Under the pieces are notes generated by a model that saw only the letters and a program-made list of their open reading frames with translations, ran no database searches and was not told the origin of the DNA. DNA of 64,000 nucleotides from Ginglymostoma cirratum (Eukaryota), in assembly GCA_024137785.1 (NCBI GenBank), contig JAHRHZ010000035.1, positions 18,984,471 to 19,048,470 of the forward strand, in the 5' to 3' direction. How positions within the stretch are numbered: position 1 is the stretch's first letter; each line of letters starts with the position of its first letter. Shown here one piece after another: positions 39,660 to 52,876 of the stretch. The translations under genes and the position numbers were made by a program.

Positions 39660-41389
39660 CAGTCTTTTAAAGGAATGTTTTTAAGAGGGAGAAGTGGAAC
39701 GGTTTTGGAAGAGAATTCCACAGCTTAGGTTCTATAGCTAAAGGCAGGGTAGTTAACAGTACCGCAAGAAGAATTAGGGATGTACAAGAAGCCAAATCAG
39801 GAGAAACACATAAATCTGAGGGTTGTTGAGCTAAAGAGATTAGAGATGGAGAAGAGGAGATGACATGAATGAATTTGAAAACAAAGATGAGAATTTAAAA
39901 GTTGAAGTATTGGAAAATGGGGGGCCAGTGTGCACCAGTGAGCTCAGGTACAATTGTTGGCCAGAACTTCATATAAGTTTATAAGCAGCAGAGTTTTCAA
40001 TGTGCTCAGGTTTACGGAGGGTTCAAGCTGAGAGGCTAACTGAGAGAGATTTGGAATAGCCAAGATTAGAGTTAACAATTACATGAAGGGATTCAGCTGC
40101 AATTGAACTGAGGGAGGGTTGGAGATGAGCAATGATTTGGAGGTAGAGATTGGTGGTCTTACTAATGGAGAGGATATGAAGTCTAGTCAGGGTATCTGAC
40201 AGTTAATGAACATTTGTTTCCTGTACTGTAAAACCAGCAAAAATGAATAAAGGTGCAAAAAATAAAGAGAATGCCCACCTGTTTAGACAGCATCTAGGGG
40301 AAGAGGCAGAGTCAATAATTCATTCTTCAAGGAAAAGATCTTCATGACAATATGATTTCCCCGTGAGTCTCAAGTTTAAAATATTAAACTCATTGAAATG
40401 AATGAGAATCCTCACCACCAGAAGGGTGATGGCAGAGTTAGGTAGAAATATGAGACATAGCGTTGTGGTCCCTCATCTTGATTCTCAGGCCCTTCCATTG
40501 GGTTACGGGCATTTGTTCAAATAGAGTGAGGTCTTCATTAATCAATGCAAATCAAGAACTTATTGCAAATTTTACTGCCTTCTGAACAGCATTGTGATTG
40601 TGCTTAATAAAACCTGCCAAGAGATAGTCAGTGCTCTTCTATTTAATGCTAGAATTAGTTTTGAGGGAGCAGAACAAGCAAGGCAGTGTTCTTCCAAGTT
40701 CTGCAGGAATAATGCAGGATTCACCTTTATTCTTGTCTGGGTTGGCCTCTGAGTTGTCAAGTATTATGTCATGATGTTGTTCACTACGTGTATGTTGATA
40801 AAGTATGGTTCTAGAAACGAATGGGGCCTCTGCTCAGAAATGTTGAGCACCTAAGTAATTGCTACTCCACTTTGATAACATATCCCTAAACACTCATGCT
40901 TACAAAAATCTGTCAATCTCTTTCCAAAAATTTACAATTGACTCTCCAGCCCCAACCATGTATTGAAGGAAGAATTCCAGATTTCCATAATCTCTGTGGG
41001 GAAGGAGTGTTTCTGTGGAACTTATCACATTTCAGGTGCTCCACATTTGCTGGGGTTATGAAGCTGCAGACCAAACTTGAGCAGTGTACAATTTTGTAGG
41101 ACTACCATTTGTAGGCCATTGATCCAAAAAATGCAGTAGAGACCCAAAGCCCAGGCTTGCTTTGGTCTCCCTTTCACTTACAGTGTGACCATGTGAAACT
41201 CAGAGCACAAGCTGGGGCATTTGAAAAAACATATTTTTGCGATAGAGCTTCAGGAAGAACTAGTCTTGTTTCAATGACTAAAATTAACAATAACCCCCTG
41301 AGTTGGAAATAGAATTGCTTTTCATGGAATGCAGCTGTAATATTGCACTTAATTCACTTGACATGAATACATTGTTTTTCTGATGAGAC

Positions 41390-41910
41390 TGTAGATCATA
41401 GGAGCAGAAGTAGGTCATTTAGCCCATCGCATGTTCTCTATCATTCAATGAGATCATCCCTGATCTAATAATCCTCAACTTCACTTTCTTTGCCTATTTT
41501 CATAACCCTTGATTCCTTTACTAATTAAAAATCTATCTGCAGTAAAGAATTCCATAGATTCACTACTCTCTAAGAGAAGAAATTCTTCCTCATCTCTTTT
41601 TTTTAATATGGGTGACAACTTATTCTGATATATGTCCTTTGGTCCTAGAATCTCTCACAAGATGAAACAGCCTTTATTCATCTATCTTGTCAAGATCCCC
41701 AAGAATCTTGCATGTTCCAATAACGTTGCCTCTATTCTTCTATATCCCAATGCCCATTCTACTCAACTTCTTCTCATTGGACAATCCTTCCAGTGTAGCG
41801 AAACTTTTCTGGATTGTGTCCAATACCATTATATTTTTCCTTAGGTTAGAGGTCCAAAACTGTTCACAGTATTCCAGCTGTGCTTTGTATTGTTTTAGCA
41901 AAACTCTGTA
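41390..41910 (-). mobile_element. CR1-type LINE 3' remnant
   Basis: cataggagcagaagtaggtcatttagccc tail and ccaaaactgttcacagtattccagctg (minus-strand LEYCEQFW). Confidence 0.7.
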
Positions 41911-44099
41911 TCTTTGGGTTAATTATTGTACATTGTACTTCATGACTCCCAAGTGTACCTCAGTTGTCTTCAGTGAAAAGGGGAAAGCTTTGGTGTGGAG
42001 AGGAAATACAAAGTGCTATCGTACCAAGCTTTTTAGGCTGTTACACACAATGTATGGTGAGATATCTCTAAAATATTGCCAGTAAGTGAGCCTACTCACT
42101 AATGTTGGTGTCTACAGACTTGGGGATATCACAACACGGCCCAGCAATTTAACATGATGTGCATCCTTTCCAATGAATTAGACTTCAGGATTAGTAACTT
42201 AGCTGATTATTTCCCTCCCTTGTCTAGAGGCATTGAGATATTCCAATGCCCAAAAATTTCCAAGCTTAGATCCCGAAACCAACACAGGAATCAAATCTAA
42301 ACTCCTTCCTTATCTTAATGACTCAGTAACACACCATAACGTGCAGTTACTCATTGAGCCACTGAGGAGGTAAATTGCATGGCTTAGTGCGCAGAAAATC
42401 AAAAAAAAAGGCTTATGTTTAGGATATCTGAAGAGAGGGAAAAGCCACCAATTCAGCTCAGTCTGGCCCTCTTCCATGCATTTCTCCTGGTACTTTAGCA
42501 TGGAGTACTGTTAATGTTAGAATCATAAAGTCTACAGTGTCTGCTCTCGCAATGGAAAGAGATTGACCAGAGGCAAGAGCCCAGGAGAGAAGAAAATAGA
42601 GAAAAGTTGAGGAAAAATTGTAAATAGAAAAGAAGCTTGTGTTCACAAACATAAGCGTGTACTGTTTAACTAGGCCAAAACATAACTACAGTTTGCCAAA
42701 TATTTCTCAGATGTCATGGCAATAGAGACACATTGGCCAAGGTTTAAACTCACAGGCATATTCATCTTGTAAATTGATCCCACCCATACATCTCTTCATT
42801 TGATCTCTTGAAGGAACCATTTTAAGCTAAAGATAGAAATTTAATTGCACTTCTTGAAACCAATATTTTCAATGACAACTTATTTTTGCAAAATTCCAAT
42901 TAAAGTAAAATAAGAGGTGTTATGGATGGACACTGATCTTGGTTATGCATATTATTTGATTGATAACCTATGCAGCTATTTGTATATAAGGTGGTCCCCT
43001 GGGATACTAGAATTGTCCAGATAGATTGCAATGGTCTATTCTATTCTTTATAGTCCATATTTCCCACTTATGTTGAAAAGATTCCCCACTATAAGAAACA
43101 GTTTAAAAAATCTGAAATTAGATTTAATACATTTCTAGAGTAAAAGCGTTAATGGAATGAAAAACTCTACCTACACAATGATTTGTAAAATATACTTCCT
43201 TGAAATGGACAGATGAAATCCCAGAGCAATTACAAAATGGTTAAGAGCCTTTGCTAAGAGCATATGGGACATTTCTACATGTCTACATGGTCTCACTGAC
43301 ACACAAACGTCTTATTGAACTTTTCCTCCAACTTTCCCTCTCAGACATTAGAAATTGGTATCTTTCTCCAAGAATGCAAAATCTTGGATGTAAATTGTAA
43401 CTTTCACAACCCAGAATATCCCAAAGTGCTTTACTTCCAGTGAATTACTTCTGAAGCTGCAATGTTAATATTTTTATAGAGGAAATGTACTGTAAGAGAT
43501 GACCTCAGTCACTGATTATTGGAAGAACTGATTGACATTTGTCAGGCATTTGAATTTTACAAAGTCTAAGTTCTAACTCCAAATTAACAATTGTCCTTGG
43601 GCCTTATTCTTCTAAAAGAGGTTCACATATCAAGTGGAAATTTTCAATGATGGAACTGGTAGGATCTATTTAGGAATTAGAACTTTGTAAGTGCTGCAGT
43701 ATAAATAGGCAGTGAATAAATACTAATATAAAATAGATCATTCTGTTCGTTATACCCTCAATTGATACTTTAATTATTATTTTTATCTGAAAATTCAGGG
43801 GAGCGATAGTGTTGAGGACTACAAATATTTGGAACAGTGCTCCGAGATTCAAACACAGGCTGAGAGTTGCACTCTACTTTTTGTCTGAATTTGGGAAATT
43901 TTTCCTTGGCTCTTCTTTAATATTTTCCTTTATATAAGCAAGTGGCTGTTGTGTTTAAAACAAGCTATTGAGAAATCAGATTGTTACATTTGTTTGTCCA
44001 ATTATTGAACGCACAATTTCTGTGGCAGTGAGGACATTTCTTCTTTGCTTAGGTGCAAGTTGGCAAAGCCAAGTCGTAAGGATACCCAAATGGGCAGTA

Positions 44100-44420
44100 A
44101 GTTTGTTTTTATTCACTCATGGGATGTGGGCATCCCTGGCTGGCCAGCATTTATTGTCCATCCCTATCTGCCGTTGAGAAATGGTGATGAGCCACCTTCT
44201 TGAACTGCTGTAGTCCATGAGGTGTAAATGAATCCACAATGCTGTTAGAAAGGGATTTTCAGGATTTTCACTGAACAACAGTAAAGGAATGGCAATATAA
44301 TTCTAAATCAGGATGATGTATGGCTTGGAGCGGAATTTGAAATTGATGGCATTCCCATGTATTCGCTGCCCTTGTCCTTCTAAGTGATGGAAGTCTTGGG
44401 TTTGGAACTTGATAGCAAAG
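44100..44420. mobile_element. LINE 3'-end repeat; further copies at 36745-36880 (same orientation) and 48840-49115 (opposite orientation)
   Basis: Shared gctggccagcatttattg.ccat.cc.a....cc.t..agaaa.tgg..gtga motif. Clade not determined. Confidence 0.6.
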
Positions 44421-45959
44421 GAGTTTCATCAGCAGTGCTCTAGAGTACTGCAGACTCTCACAGCCCAAATATAATATTACTGAGTGTAGAATAGAGGGCT
44501 CCAAACTTCCATCACTATGTGTACAACCCTGGTACCGTCTTGACATGAAGTCCTTTTCCTAAATCTCCTTCCCTAGAAAGATTGTTACCCATTGCAGGTT
44601 TTAATCACTGTCCATAAACAATATTGGCAGAAATGCTATTGATCAAAATGGATGAACAGCTGCCACAGCATGATACACATTGTACCCTGACAACTGGTAA
44701 CACCCCCAGTTGGAGGCACCAGGCTTCATTGATTTTTTTTTTTTAAAGAAACTCTTATGAACCTTAACAAAATAAATGCGGAGAAACCATTTCCCTTGCC
44801 TGGAGAGACCAGAGCTGGAGGTCATAAAAACTCAGGATAAGTTATCAGCCATTTAGTACACAGAAGGTGGTAATTTTTTCTTCATTTAGAGGATTGTAAA
44901 TCTTTGTAAGATTTTGCCTCAGACGGCTTTCAATCCTCTGTTGAGTACATTTAAAGTGTTAGACGCCAAAGATATCAAGGCATGTGGATAGGACAGGAAA
45001 GTAAAGTTGATTGGCTATGATCCTGATGAATGGTACAGTGAGCTCAAGGAGCCGTGTGATCTACCCCTGCTCCTGTTTCTTTATATATAAAAAAGATTTT
45101 ATTTCAACGGTTTTTAGTTAACATTCTTCACATTTAATTTTGGTTGGTCGACCTTTGTGGAAGCCCATCATGGTATTGTGTATTTATAGATTTTTTTTAA
45201 AGTATGTGAAATGTTAGGTAAGAAGTTAATGAAAACCAACGAAGGCAATGTGGGTCAACCATTTTCTCCTGAATCTTACAATGCTCTGCAATCTTACATA
45301 AAATAATGACCTGTTCCATACATTGTTCATAAGAACAAAAAGGGGTCTATCCCTTTCTGATTACCTGATGGGCACCATACAATAATCAAAAAATAATCAC
45401 AAAAGTGATTGGTATCAGTGAAATTATTCAGTAGGTTTTGGGCTTGTGTGTTTTTTTTTCCCCTGTAAGTAAAACAAAACAGTTGAATTTTGGAACAGCC
45501 AAGAAGTATTTACATCCTATTTATCAATAGCAGAATGCTAGTTCTGAGGAATGACACTAGTTCTTGCAAATCTCCTCCAATAGCATTCTTTTTCAGTGTG
45601 ACTTTTAAACATTGGTGATCTTCCCCAACAGCTGTCTTGCTATTAAAATGCTTAGACTTAAGCAGTTAAGCTACAAAATGTTAGAGTTCAGCTGAATTTT
45701 GACACACAATACGATCATCAATGGACACACAGAAATAAAGGATTTTACTTGTGTTTGCACTGAATAGATTGAATGCTTGTCTCCTGCTATAATCACAACG
45801 GAAAGCTCAAAATATTTCACGTTCCCAGTCTTTTCTTTGATTTAAACATTGTGCAGCAGCATGTTGAATGGCTGAATAGCTCAGACACACAGTAATTTCA
45901 TAAGTTCTTCATCTGAATAATATTGTTTTTTAATGGTTGCTATATTAGAATTAAGTTCT

Positions 45960-47190
45960 TTGACTTGTCTGTGATGCCTCTCTTAGGCTTGCCACTCCTT
46001 CACCTTCACCCCGTAGCCCTGCGTATTCTTCTTTTTCAGATAATAATCCAAACTCCTCTTATATGCCTCGATTGAATCTGCTTCAACCACAATCTCTCAG
46101 GCCGTGCATTCCAGTTCCTAACCAGTTGCTGTATGCTGAGGTTTTTCTTCATGCCATTATTGCTTCTTTTGCCAATTGCCTTAAATCTGCGCTCTCTGGT
46201 TCTTGATCCTTTTCACCAACAGGAACTGTTTCCCACTATTTACTTTCTTTAGATCTATCATGACTGTAAACACGTCTATCAAAAATCTTGTCAACCATCT
46301 CTTTTCCACAAAAACAGTCCCAATTTCTCCATTACATTTACATATTTAAAACCATTCCTGTGAACCATGCCGTCCACTTCTCTAATGCCTTCACATCTTT
46401 CCTAAACTCCAGTTGAAGCCAAACCAGTGTTTTAAAGACGTTTAACATAACTTCTTTGTTTCATACTCTATGCCCCTACTGATAAAGTCTAGGATATTGT
46501 ATACTTTATTAGTCACTCTCCCAACTTGTCTTCCCACCTCCATAACTGATGTACATATACATCTATGTCCCTCTGCCTCTGCAACCCATTAGAATTTTAC
46601 CTTTGCTTTATATTGTCTCTTCGTGTTTTCCTACCAAAATTATTTACTTCACAGTATTACTTTCATCTGCCACTTGATAGCATCTTCCACCAACCTGTCT
46701 CGGTCCTTTTGAAATTACATACGACCCCTCACGGTTTTCAACGTTCAGGTTAAATTTTGAAATTGCGCCTTCAACACCAAATTTAAGATCATGAATATAT
46801 ATCAGGAAGGGCATGAATCCTAACACTGGCCCCTGGGGAACTCTACAATAAAGCTTCCTCTTATCTGATAAACAGCTATTAATGACTACTCTCTGTTTTC
46901 TGTCACTTAGCCAATTTTTTCTATTGTCCCTTTTATTCTACGAGTTCTGACTTCGTTTACGCTGTTATGTGATATTTTTACCTAGTGTCTTTTGGAAGTC
47001 TATGTATACCACAGCAACAGCATTTCCCTTATTAAACTTCTGTCATCAAAAACTTGACCAAGTTAGTTAAATCCAGTTTGTCCTTAGATTTCCTTAAATA
47101 ACCTCAATGTGACTTAATTTTGTCCTGAATTATCATTTCTAAAAGTTTTCTCATTTTTAAGGTTAAACTAGCTATCCTGAATTTTCTGGG
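45960..47190 (-). mobile_element. CR1-type LINE ORF2 (RT) remnant
   Basis: Minus-strand PQG.VLG...FLIYIHDLKFGVEGAISKF (ORF 46644-46826) and VYIDFQKT-like motifs. Many frameshifts. Confidence 0.75.
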
Positions 47191-49833
47191 CTTGTTATAT
47201 TCGTTTAAAAAAAAAGACTTATTCCATGTTTTTTTAAGTAGTTTCGTTCAATGAGTCAGCTTGCTGAATAGGCCCGTTCACTGCCGTGTGCCTGTGGTGC
47301 AATTATGTAGTAAGATTGAAAAAGCAGCAATTTTAGGAACAAGGAACAGGGACAGGCCATTGAACTTATCAGACCTATTCTGCCATTGAAGTAGATCCAT
47401 TATTGATTTGTGTCTTACCTGTCTTGACCCGTAATTCTTAGTTTGTTGCTGTATAGAAGAATTATCAACATTTAGGGGTTTGACATTTTCAACTAATTTG
47501 CAGCTTTCTTGGGGGGAAGAGAGTTCAAAATTTCCATTACATGTTGTGTGAAGTGCGTTCTAACATAATCATGGTTAGCAGTGGATGCCCCTTGATTCAA
47601 GAATGGTACCTATGCAGGGTTGTGTATTCCTGCTACGGGTCATTATCTAACATCATCCTGAATGGCTTAGGTCCAAGTTTAAAGCTATGCTCCATTGTTC
47701 TGAATTCACCTGCCTACAGAAATAGTTTATCTCTATCTCTGCTTTCAATTCCTTCTGATCATTCTAAATATCTCAATTAGTTAAAGGGAATAGAAGAGTA
47801 GACTCTGCTATCTCCTAATGTAATGCCTTTTAGTCTCATTGTAAGTTTATGAATCAGGGCTGCATCCTTACATGATAGCACAGGTAATTAACCAGTTTTC
47901 AGGAGGCGGTCCATTAAGTTGTGTTAAGTAAAGACGATTTTTCAGTGAGAATCAGGTGAGAAATTGTAAAGCTCAGACCGGTTGATTTACTGAGTAGTTT
48001 TAAATTGGTTATGAACAAAAAGTTTAAAAATATATAATTATAAGACCCTGGGGAGGCTGTGTGATTATGAGCTAAGCTGGGAAAATGGTAAGGCTGCATC
48101 TCAAGCATAAGGTAGTGTTGCAGAAATATTATGAAGATCTGTTGTTTTTGTCCAAGACTAAATAGCCACAGAAGCGTAAGCTTAGGTGCAGGGCACTCAG
48201 TCTCTAAAATCTGCTTGTCATTCTTTTTGATCATAGCTAATCTGTACTAAACTTCACTTCCCCTGTGTTTGTTCCATATGGCTTGATGTCATTACCTGAC
48301 AAGAAATAGATCCAACTGTGTCTTGTAAATTTCAATTGACCCAGCGTCCAGCTTTGGGTTGGGGAATGAGGTTGGGCACTCACAGAGCATGCCAGATTTT
48401 AACTACCTTTCTTGTAAATTGGTTTCACTTCTGATTTCCATTCCTGATTTCAATCCTCAATCTCTTGTCTCACTAATTTCAAGATTGTGCCCTCTTGTTG
48501 TAGTTTTCTCTACCAGAGGAAATTGTTTTATTTTAGTATCTCTTTCTGTAACTTTAAACAGAAACATATAGAGGGTAGTAAACTAAATGAAAGTAGACCA
48601 ATGGATAGTCAGCAGCTATTCCTCAGTTTGAAGGTGAGGTCTTTTCAGGGCCATGGATTTCTGCAGTGGGTCTTCATGTCACGGTACAGGCTGGTTTTCA
48701 ACCTGTAGATCTTTGGGTACATGGGAAAGGATGTCCCATGAGGTCATGTGATCCAGAGTGCAGGATTTGTTTTGTTTCCTTCTCTCTCACTGTTCTGCCT
48801 CAATTAATTGTAGAGATTAGCAGTATGTACCATCTACAGGATGCACTTCAGCAATTAACTGACAGCACCTTCCAAACCTGTGACCACTTCCATTTAGAAG
48901 GACAAGGGCAGCAAATACAAGGCAACACCACCAACTGCAAGTTCCCCTCCAAGCCACTCACATCCAGAATTGGAAATATATTGCCATTTCTTTACTTTTA
49001 CCAGGTCACAAAGTCCCAGGACTCCATTTTTGGCAGCGCTATGGATATATCTGCACCACATGGACTGCAGAAGTTCAAGCAGGTGGCTCGCCCGATTCTC
49101 CTTGGCAATAAATGGTGTCAGCAATGAACACATCCGTTAACATCCAGAGCATTCAGTGTTCTTTGTGTCAGTGATGAGGTGTTGTTGTGGAGTAGCAGAC
49201 AGGTATTGAAGATACATTGAGCACGTTCTGGAGCGGTGAGCTAGATGAGGATGTATTAAAACGGTGCCTTCTTTGACTCAACGGAGCAGGGTCTGAACTA
49301 AGTATGTGTCCTACAAAAACGGCAGATTCTCCCGAAACCAAGTCCAGCACTAAATAATACCAAGTGCGTGTATTTTTTTCTGTGACTCTACGCGACAACC
49401 AATTCTATTATCGCATCGACAGGAGAATTTTAATGACCGCACAAAATATGTTTTCTATTTGTTTAAAAAGAAGACAATCTGACCTTTTGAAGGCCGGTGA
49501 TATAAAGTGTGTGCTTGTATCTGAAGGTGACCAGGGCTGATGAAAATGTGGAACTAGTGAGGATCAGAAGCCGGCAGAGATCAGGCATTATGAAATAAAA
49601 CTTTCCTCTGATCGATGCCAGTTGGTTGAGAATATTGTTCTGTTGAGTGCAGTTCAAGGCTCAGTTCAAATGCAGAATTTGATGCTGTCCCTTCCTTTGA
49701 GCCAGGAGCCCTAGGTTCAAGCGCTACCTGCCAAAAGGCGTGTAATAACACCTCTCAACAGGATGGTTAAAAATATCTGGAACTTGACATCTGACTGGTC
49801 AGATAGCAGCAAAAGCAGTTGGATTTTGTTGGC

Positions 49834-50430
49834 GATAACAAGCATGGGGCTGGATGAACACAGCAGGTCAAGCAGCATCATAGGAGCAGGAAAACTCGAC
49901 GTTTCGGGCCTAAACCCTTCATCAGAAAACGTCAGCTTTCCTGCTCCTNNNNNNNNNNNNNNNNNNNNNNNNNNNNNNNNNNNNNNNNNNNNNNNNNNNN
50001 NNNNNNNNNNNNNNNNNNNNNNNNNNNNNNNNNNNNNNNNNNNNNNNNNNNNNNNNNNNNNNNNNNNNNNNNNNNNNNNNNNNNNNNNNNNNNNNNNNNN
50101 NNNNNNNNNNNNNNNNNNNNNNNNNNNNNNNNNNNNNNNNNNNNNNNNNNNNNNNNNNNNNNNNNNNNNNNNNNNNNNNNNNNNNNNNNNNNNNNNNNNN
50201 NNNNNNNNNNNNNNNNNNNNNNNNNNNNNNNNNNNNNNNNNNNNNNNNNNNNNNNNNNNNNNNNNNNNNNNNNNNNNNNNNNNNNNNNNNNNNNNNNNNN
50301 NNNNNNNNNNNNNNNNNNNNNNNNNNNNNNNNNNNNNNNNNNNNNNNNTGATGCTGCTTGACCTGCTGTGTTCATCCAGCCCCATGCTTGTTATCTCGGA
50401 TTCTCCAGCATCTGCAGTACCTTTTATCTC
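49834..50430. mobile_element. Fold-back Penelope-like insertion (family A) spanning a 400-N gap (49949-50348), minus-strand hammerhead core at 49898-49925
   Basis: Inverted arms. TSD tggattttgttggc at 49820-49833 and 50431-50444. Confidence 0.9.
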
Positions 50431-50759
50431 TGGATTTTGTTGGCATTCATTTGGCCGGCTGGTTAAACACCAAAGCAATGGGGAATCTGATGAGTCAAGC
50501 TCCTTTGCATCGCAAAAAGTGGGTGTGACACAGGGAGCAGGGTAAAAGATGAAAAGCGGTCTGTGGTGCACAGCTATACCCGTACACCCCAATATCGTCT
50601 CCAATTTACAGCTTTCTTTCAGTCCAGCTTCAAACTGGATGAGGAGTCACTCTAGATTCGAAACGTTAACTCTGTTTCTCCTCACACCTGCTGAATTTTC
50701 TGAATAGAAACCGAAAGAATGGCGGATGCTGTAAATCAGAAACAAAAACAGAAATTGCT

Positions 50760-50891
50760 TCAGAGATAGTAGGAACTGCAGATGCTGGAGAATCTGAGAT
50801 AACAAGGTGTAGAGCTGGATGAACACAGCAGGCCAAGCAGCATCAGAGGAGCAGGAAAGCTGACGTTTCGGGCCTAGACCCTTCTTCAGAA
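50760..50891 (-). mobile_element. Solo family-B PLE terminal repeat nested in an older related element (~50705-51100)
   Basis: Identical to 4654-4786. Flanked by agaaattgct / agaattgct. The host resumes at ~50893 and has its own hammerhead-like core at 50947-50976. Confidence 0.85.
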
Positions 50892-51295
50892 AGAATTGCT
50901 AGAAGCTCATCACAATTGGCAGCATCTGTGGAGAAAAATCAGAATTAATGTTTCGGGTCCAGGAACCCTTCCTCAGAACTGATGCTGGCTAGGAAAATGT
51001 TGCTTCATTTGTAGACGATAGGGTGAGGGGAGGGGGTAAGGAGTAAACAAGGGGTGGGCATAGAGCCCAGAGACAGAGAAGAGCATTTGGGCAGTTTTCT
51101 GTTTCAAGCTGACAGGCGCATTCAGCGCATTGCAGATTTATAACCTCAGATGTAAATGGATGGGGGAAACAACATGAGAATTTCAGAGAAAGTAGGAATG
51201 GAGCAGGGTTTTCTGAAAGTTCGGTGGCACAGTCACTTTCTGAAGTGAGGACCATTGAATGCCTTGTGGTTTATTCGGACTGGTTTGTGGCTGTC

Positions 51296-51507
51296 AGTAG
51301 GCCAAGCAGGATCAGAGGAGCAGGAAGGCTGACGTTTCGGGCCTAGACCCTTCATCAGAAATGATGATGAATGATCATTTCTGAAGAAGGGTCTAGGGCC
51401 GAGACATCAGCTTTCCTGCTCCTCTGATGCTGCTTGGTCTGCTGTGTTCATCCAGCTCTACGCCTGGTTATCTCAGATTCTCCAGCATCTGCAGTTCCTG
51501 CTATCTC
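51296..51507. mobile_element. Fold-back family-B PLE insertion with two inverted hammerhead cores (51331-51358 minus, intact; 51381-51408 plus, GAAA>GAGA)
   Basis: Inverted arms around a short atgatgatgaatgatcat spacer. Imperfect TSD tgtggctgtc (51286-51295) / tgtagctgtc (51508-51517). Confidence 0.85.
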
Positions 51508-52055
51508 TGTAGCTGTCTGTGTTGGCTGGGCTTCTGCAATCAGCATGGAGTGTTTCAATGCACATTGCATGGTGAGAGTGGTCCGTGCTCTTGTATGAAG
51601 CGACGTTGGAACCTGCTTTCCTTCTCAATCGCAGTTTAATGTATTGAGGCTGCAGTGTTACAGATTTCTTCATGTGGGTTAGTACACGGTTCTTCATTCC
51701 TCAGTATGGTTTAAGAAGGTAAAAAGATTGACAACAAATGACAGGGAAGAATTTCTGTGCCCACTGACAGCAAACTGAACACTTAGCTGAACGGAAATCG
51801 AGACCCACAACGCGTTAGAAACAGGAACAATTCTTACTCCATTCACCTGCATGTTACTTATTTCTGCCTGTTTTGTATTAGGCCGCCTGCGGAATTATAA
51901 CACTATCCTTGGGGAATATGAACTTTCATCCTGACTAAAGCCTCCTCAAATGTTCCCGGTTTATGTTGTTAAAAAATCAATATTTTTTTTAAAAAAACAT
52001 TATTTTCAATTGATGGAAACGTCAATCGAGGTAAAGAGATTTGAACAGAAGGAAG

Positions 52056-52876
52056 AGATAAAAGGTACTGCAGATGCTGGAGGATCCGAGATAACAAGCA
52101 TGGGGCTGGATGAACACAGCAGGTCAAGCAGCATCATAGGAGCAGGAAAACTTGACGTTTCGGGCCTAAACCCTTCATCAGAAATGGGGGAGGGGAAGAG
52201 GGTTCTGAAATAAATAGGGAGAGAGGGGGAGGCGGATAGAGGAGAGGATAGGTGGAGAGGAGGCGGATAAGTCGAAGAGGCGGGGATGGAGCCAGTAAAG
52301 GTGAGTGTAGGCAACTCCCCCTCTCATTCCTCAGATGACATGTCCATCCTGGGCCTCCTGCAATGCCACAGTGATGCCACCCGAAGGCTGCAGGATATCA
52401 TATCAGCAAATCATATTCAGCCTGGGAACCCTGCAGCCCAATGGCATCAATGTGGATTTCACAAGCTTCAAAATCTCCCCTCCCCCAACCGCATCCCAAA
52501 ACCAGCCCAGCTCATCTCCACCTCCCTAACCTGTTTTTCCTCTCACCTCAAGCCACGCCCCCATCTCCTATCTACTAACATCATCCCGCCCCCTTGACCT
52601 GTCCGTCCTCCCTGGACTGACCTATCTCCTCCTCACCCCCCTACCTACACTCACCTTTACTGGCTCCATCCCCGCCTCTTCGACTTGTCTGCCTCCTCTC
52701 CACCTATCCTCTCCTTTATCCATCCTCTATCCGCCTCCCCCTCTCTCCCTATTTATTTCAGAACCCTCTTCCCGTCCCCCATTTCTGATGAAGGGTTTAG
52801 GCCCGAAACGTCAAGTTTTCCTGCTCCTATGATGCTGCTTGACCTGCTGTGTTCATCCAGCCCCATGCTTGTTATC
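52056..52876 (+). mobile_element. 5'-truncated Penelope-like retroelement with inverted terminal repeat and GIY-YIG endonuclease C-terminal remnant
   Basis: 52312-52480 encodes NSPSHSSDDMSILGLLQCHSDATRRLQ / QQIIFSLGTLQPNGINVDFTSF (frameshifted), which matches the PLE GIY-YIG C-terminus (HFN...H....R...E...I..L.TL.P.GLN). Arms 52090-52311 and 52644-52876 are inverted. 15-bp TSD ttgaacagaaggaag at 52041-52055 and 52877-52891. Confidence 0.92.
52781..52816 (+). ncRNA. Minimal hammerhead ribozyme motif, sense to the Lhx6 pre-mRNA (inverted twin at 52154-52181)
   Basis: attt-CTGATGA-a-GGGTttagGCCC-GAAAC-GTC-aagt. Predicted cleavage after C52812. Confidence 0.75.

Noticed and set aside
39073-39728. 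ORFs of 172-194 aa on both strands
   Set aside because: Artefacts of translating through the 400-N gap and the inverted repeat arms.
49717-50604. ORFs of 147-295 aa
   Set aside because: Same gap artefact. The recurring peptide MLLDLLCSSSPMLVIS is translated non-coding repeat.
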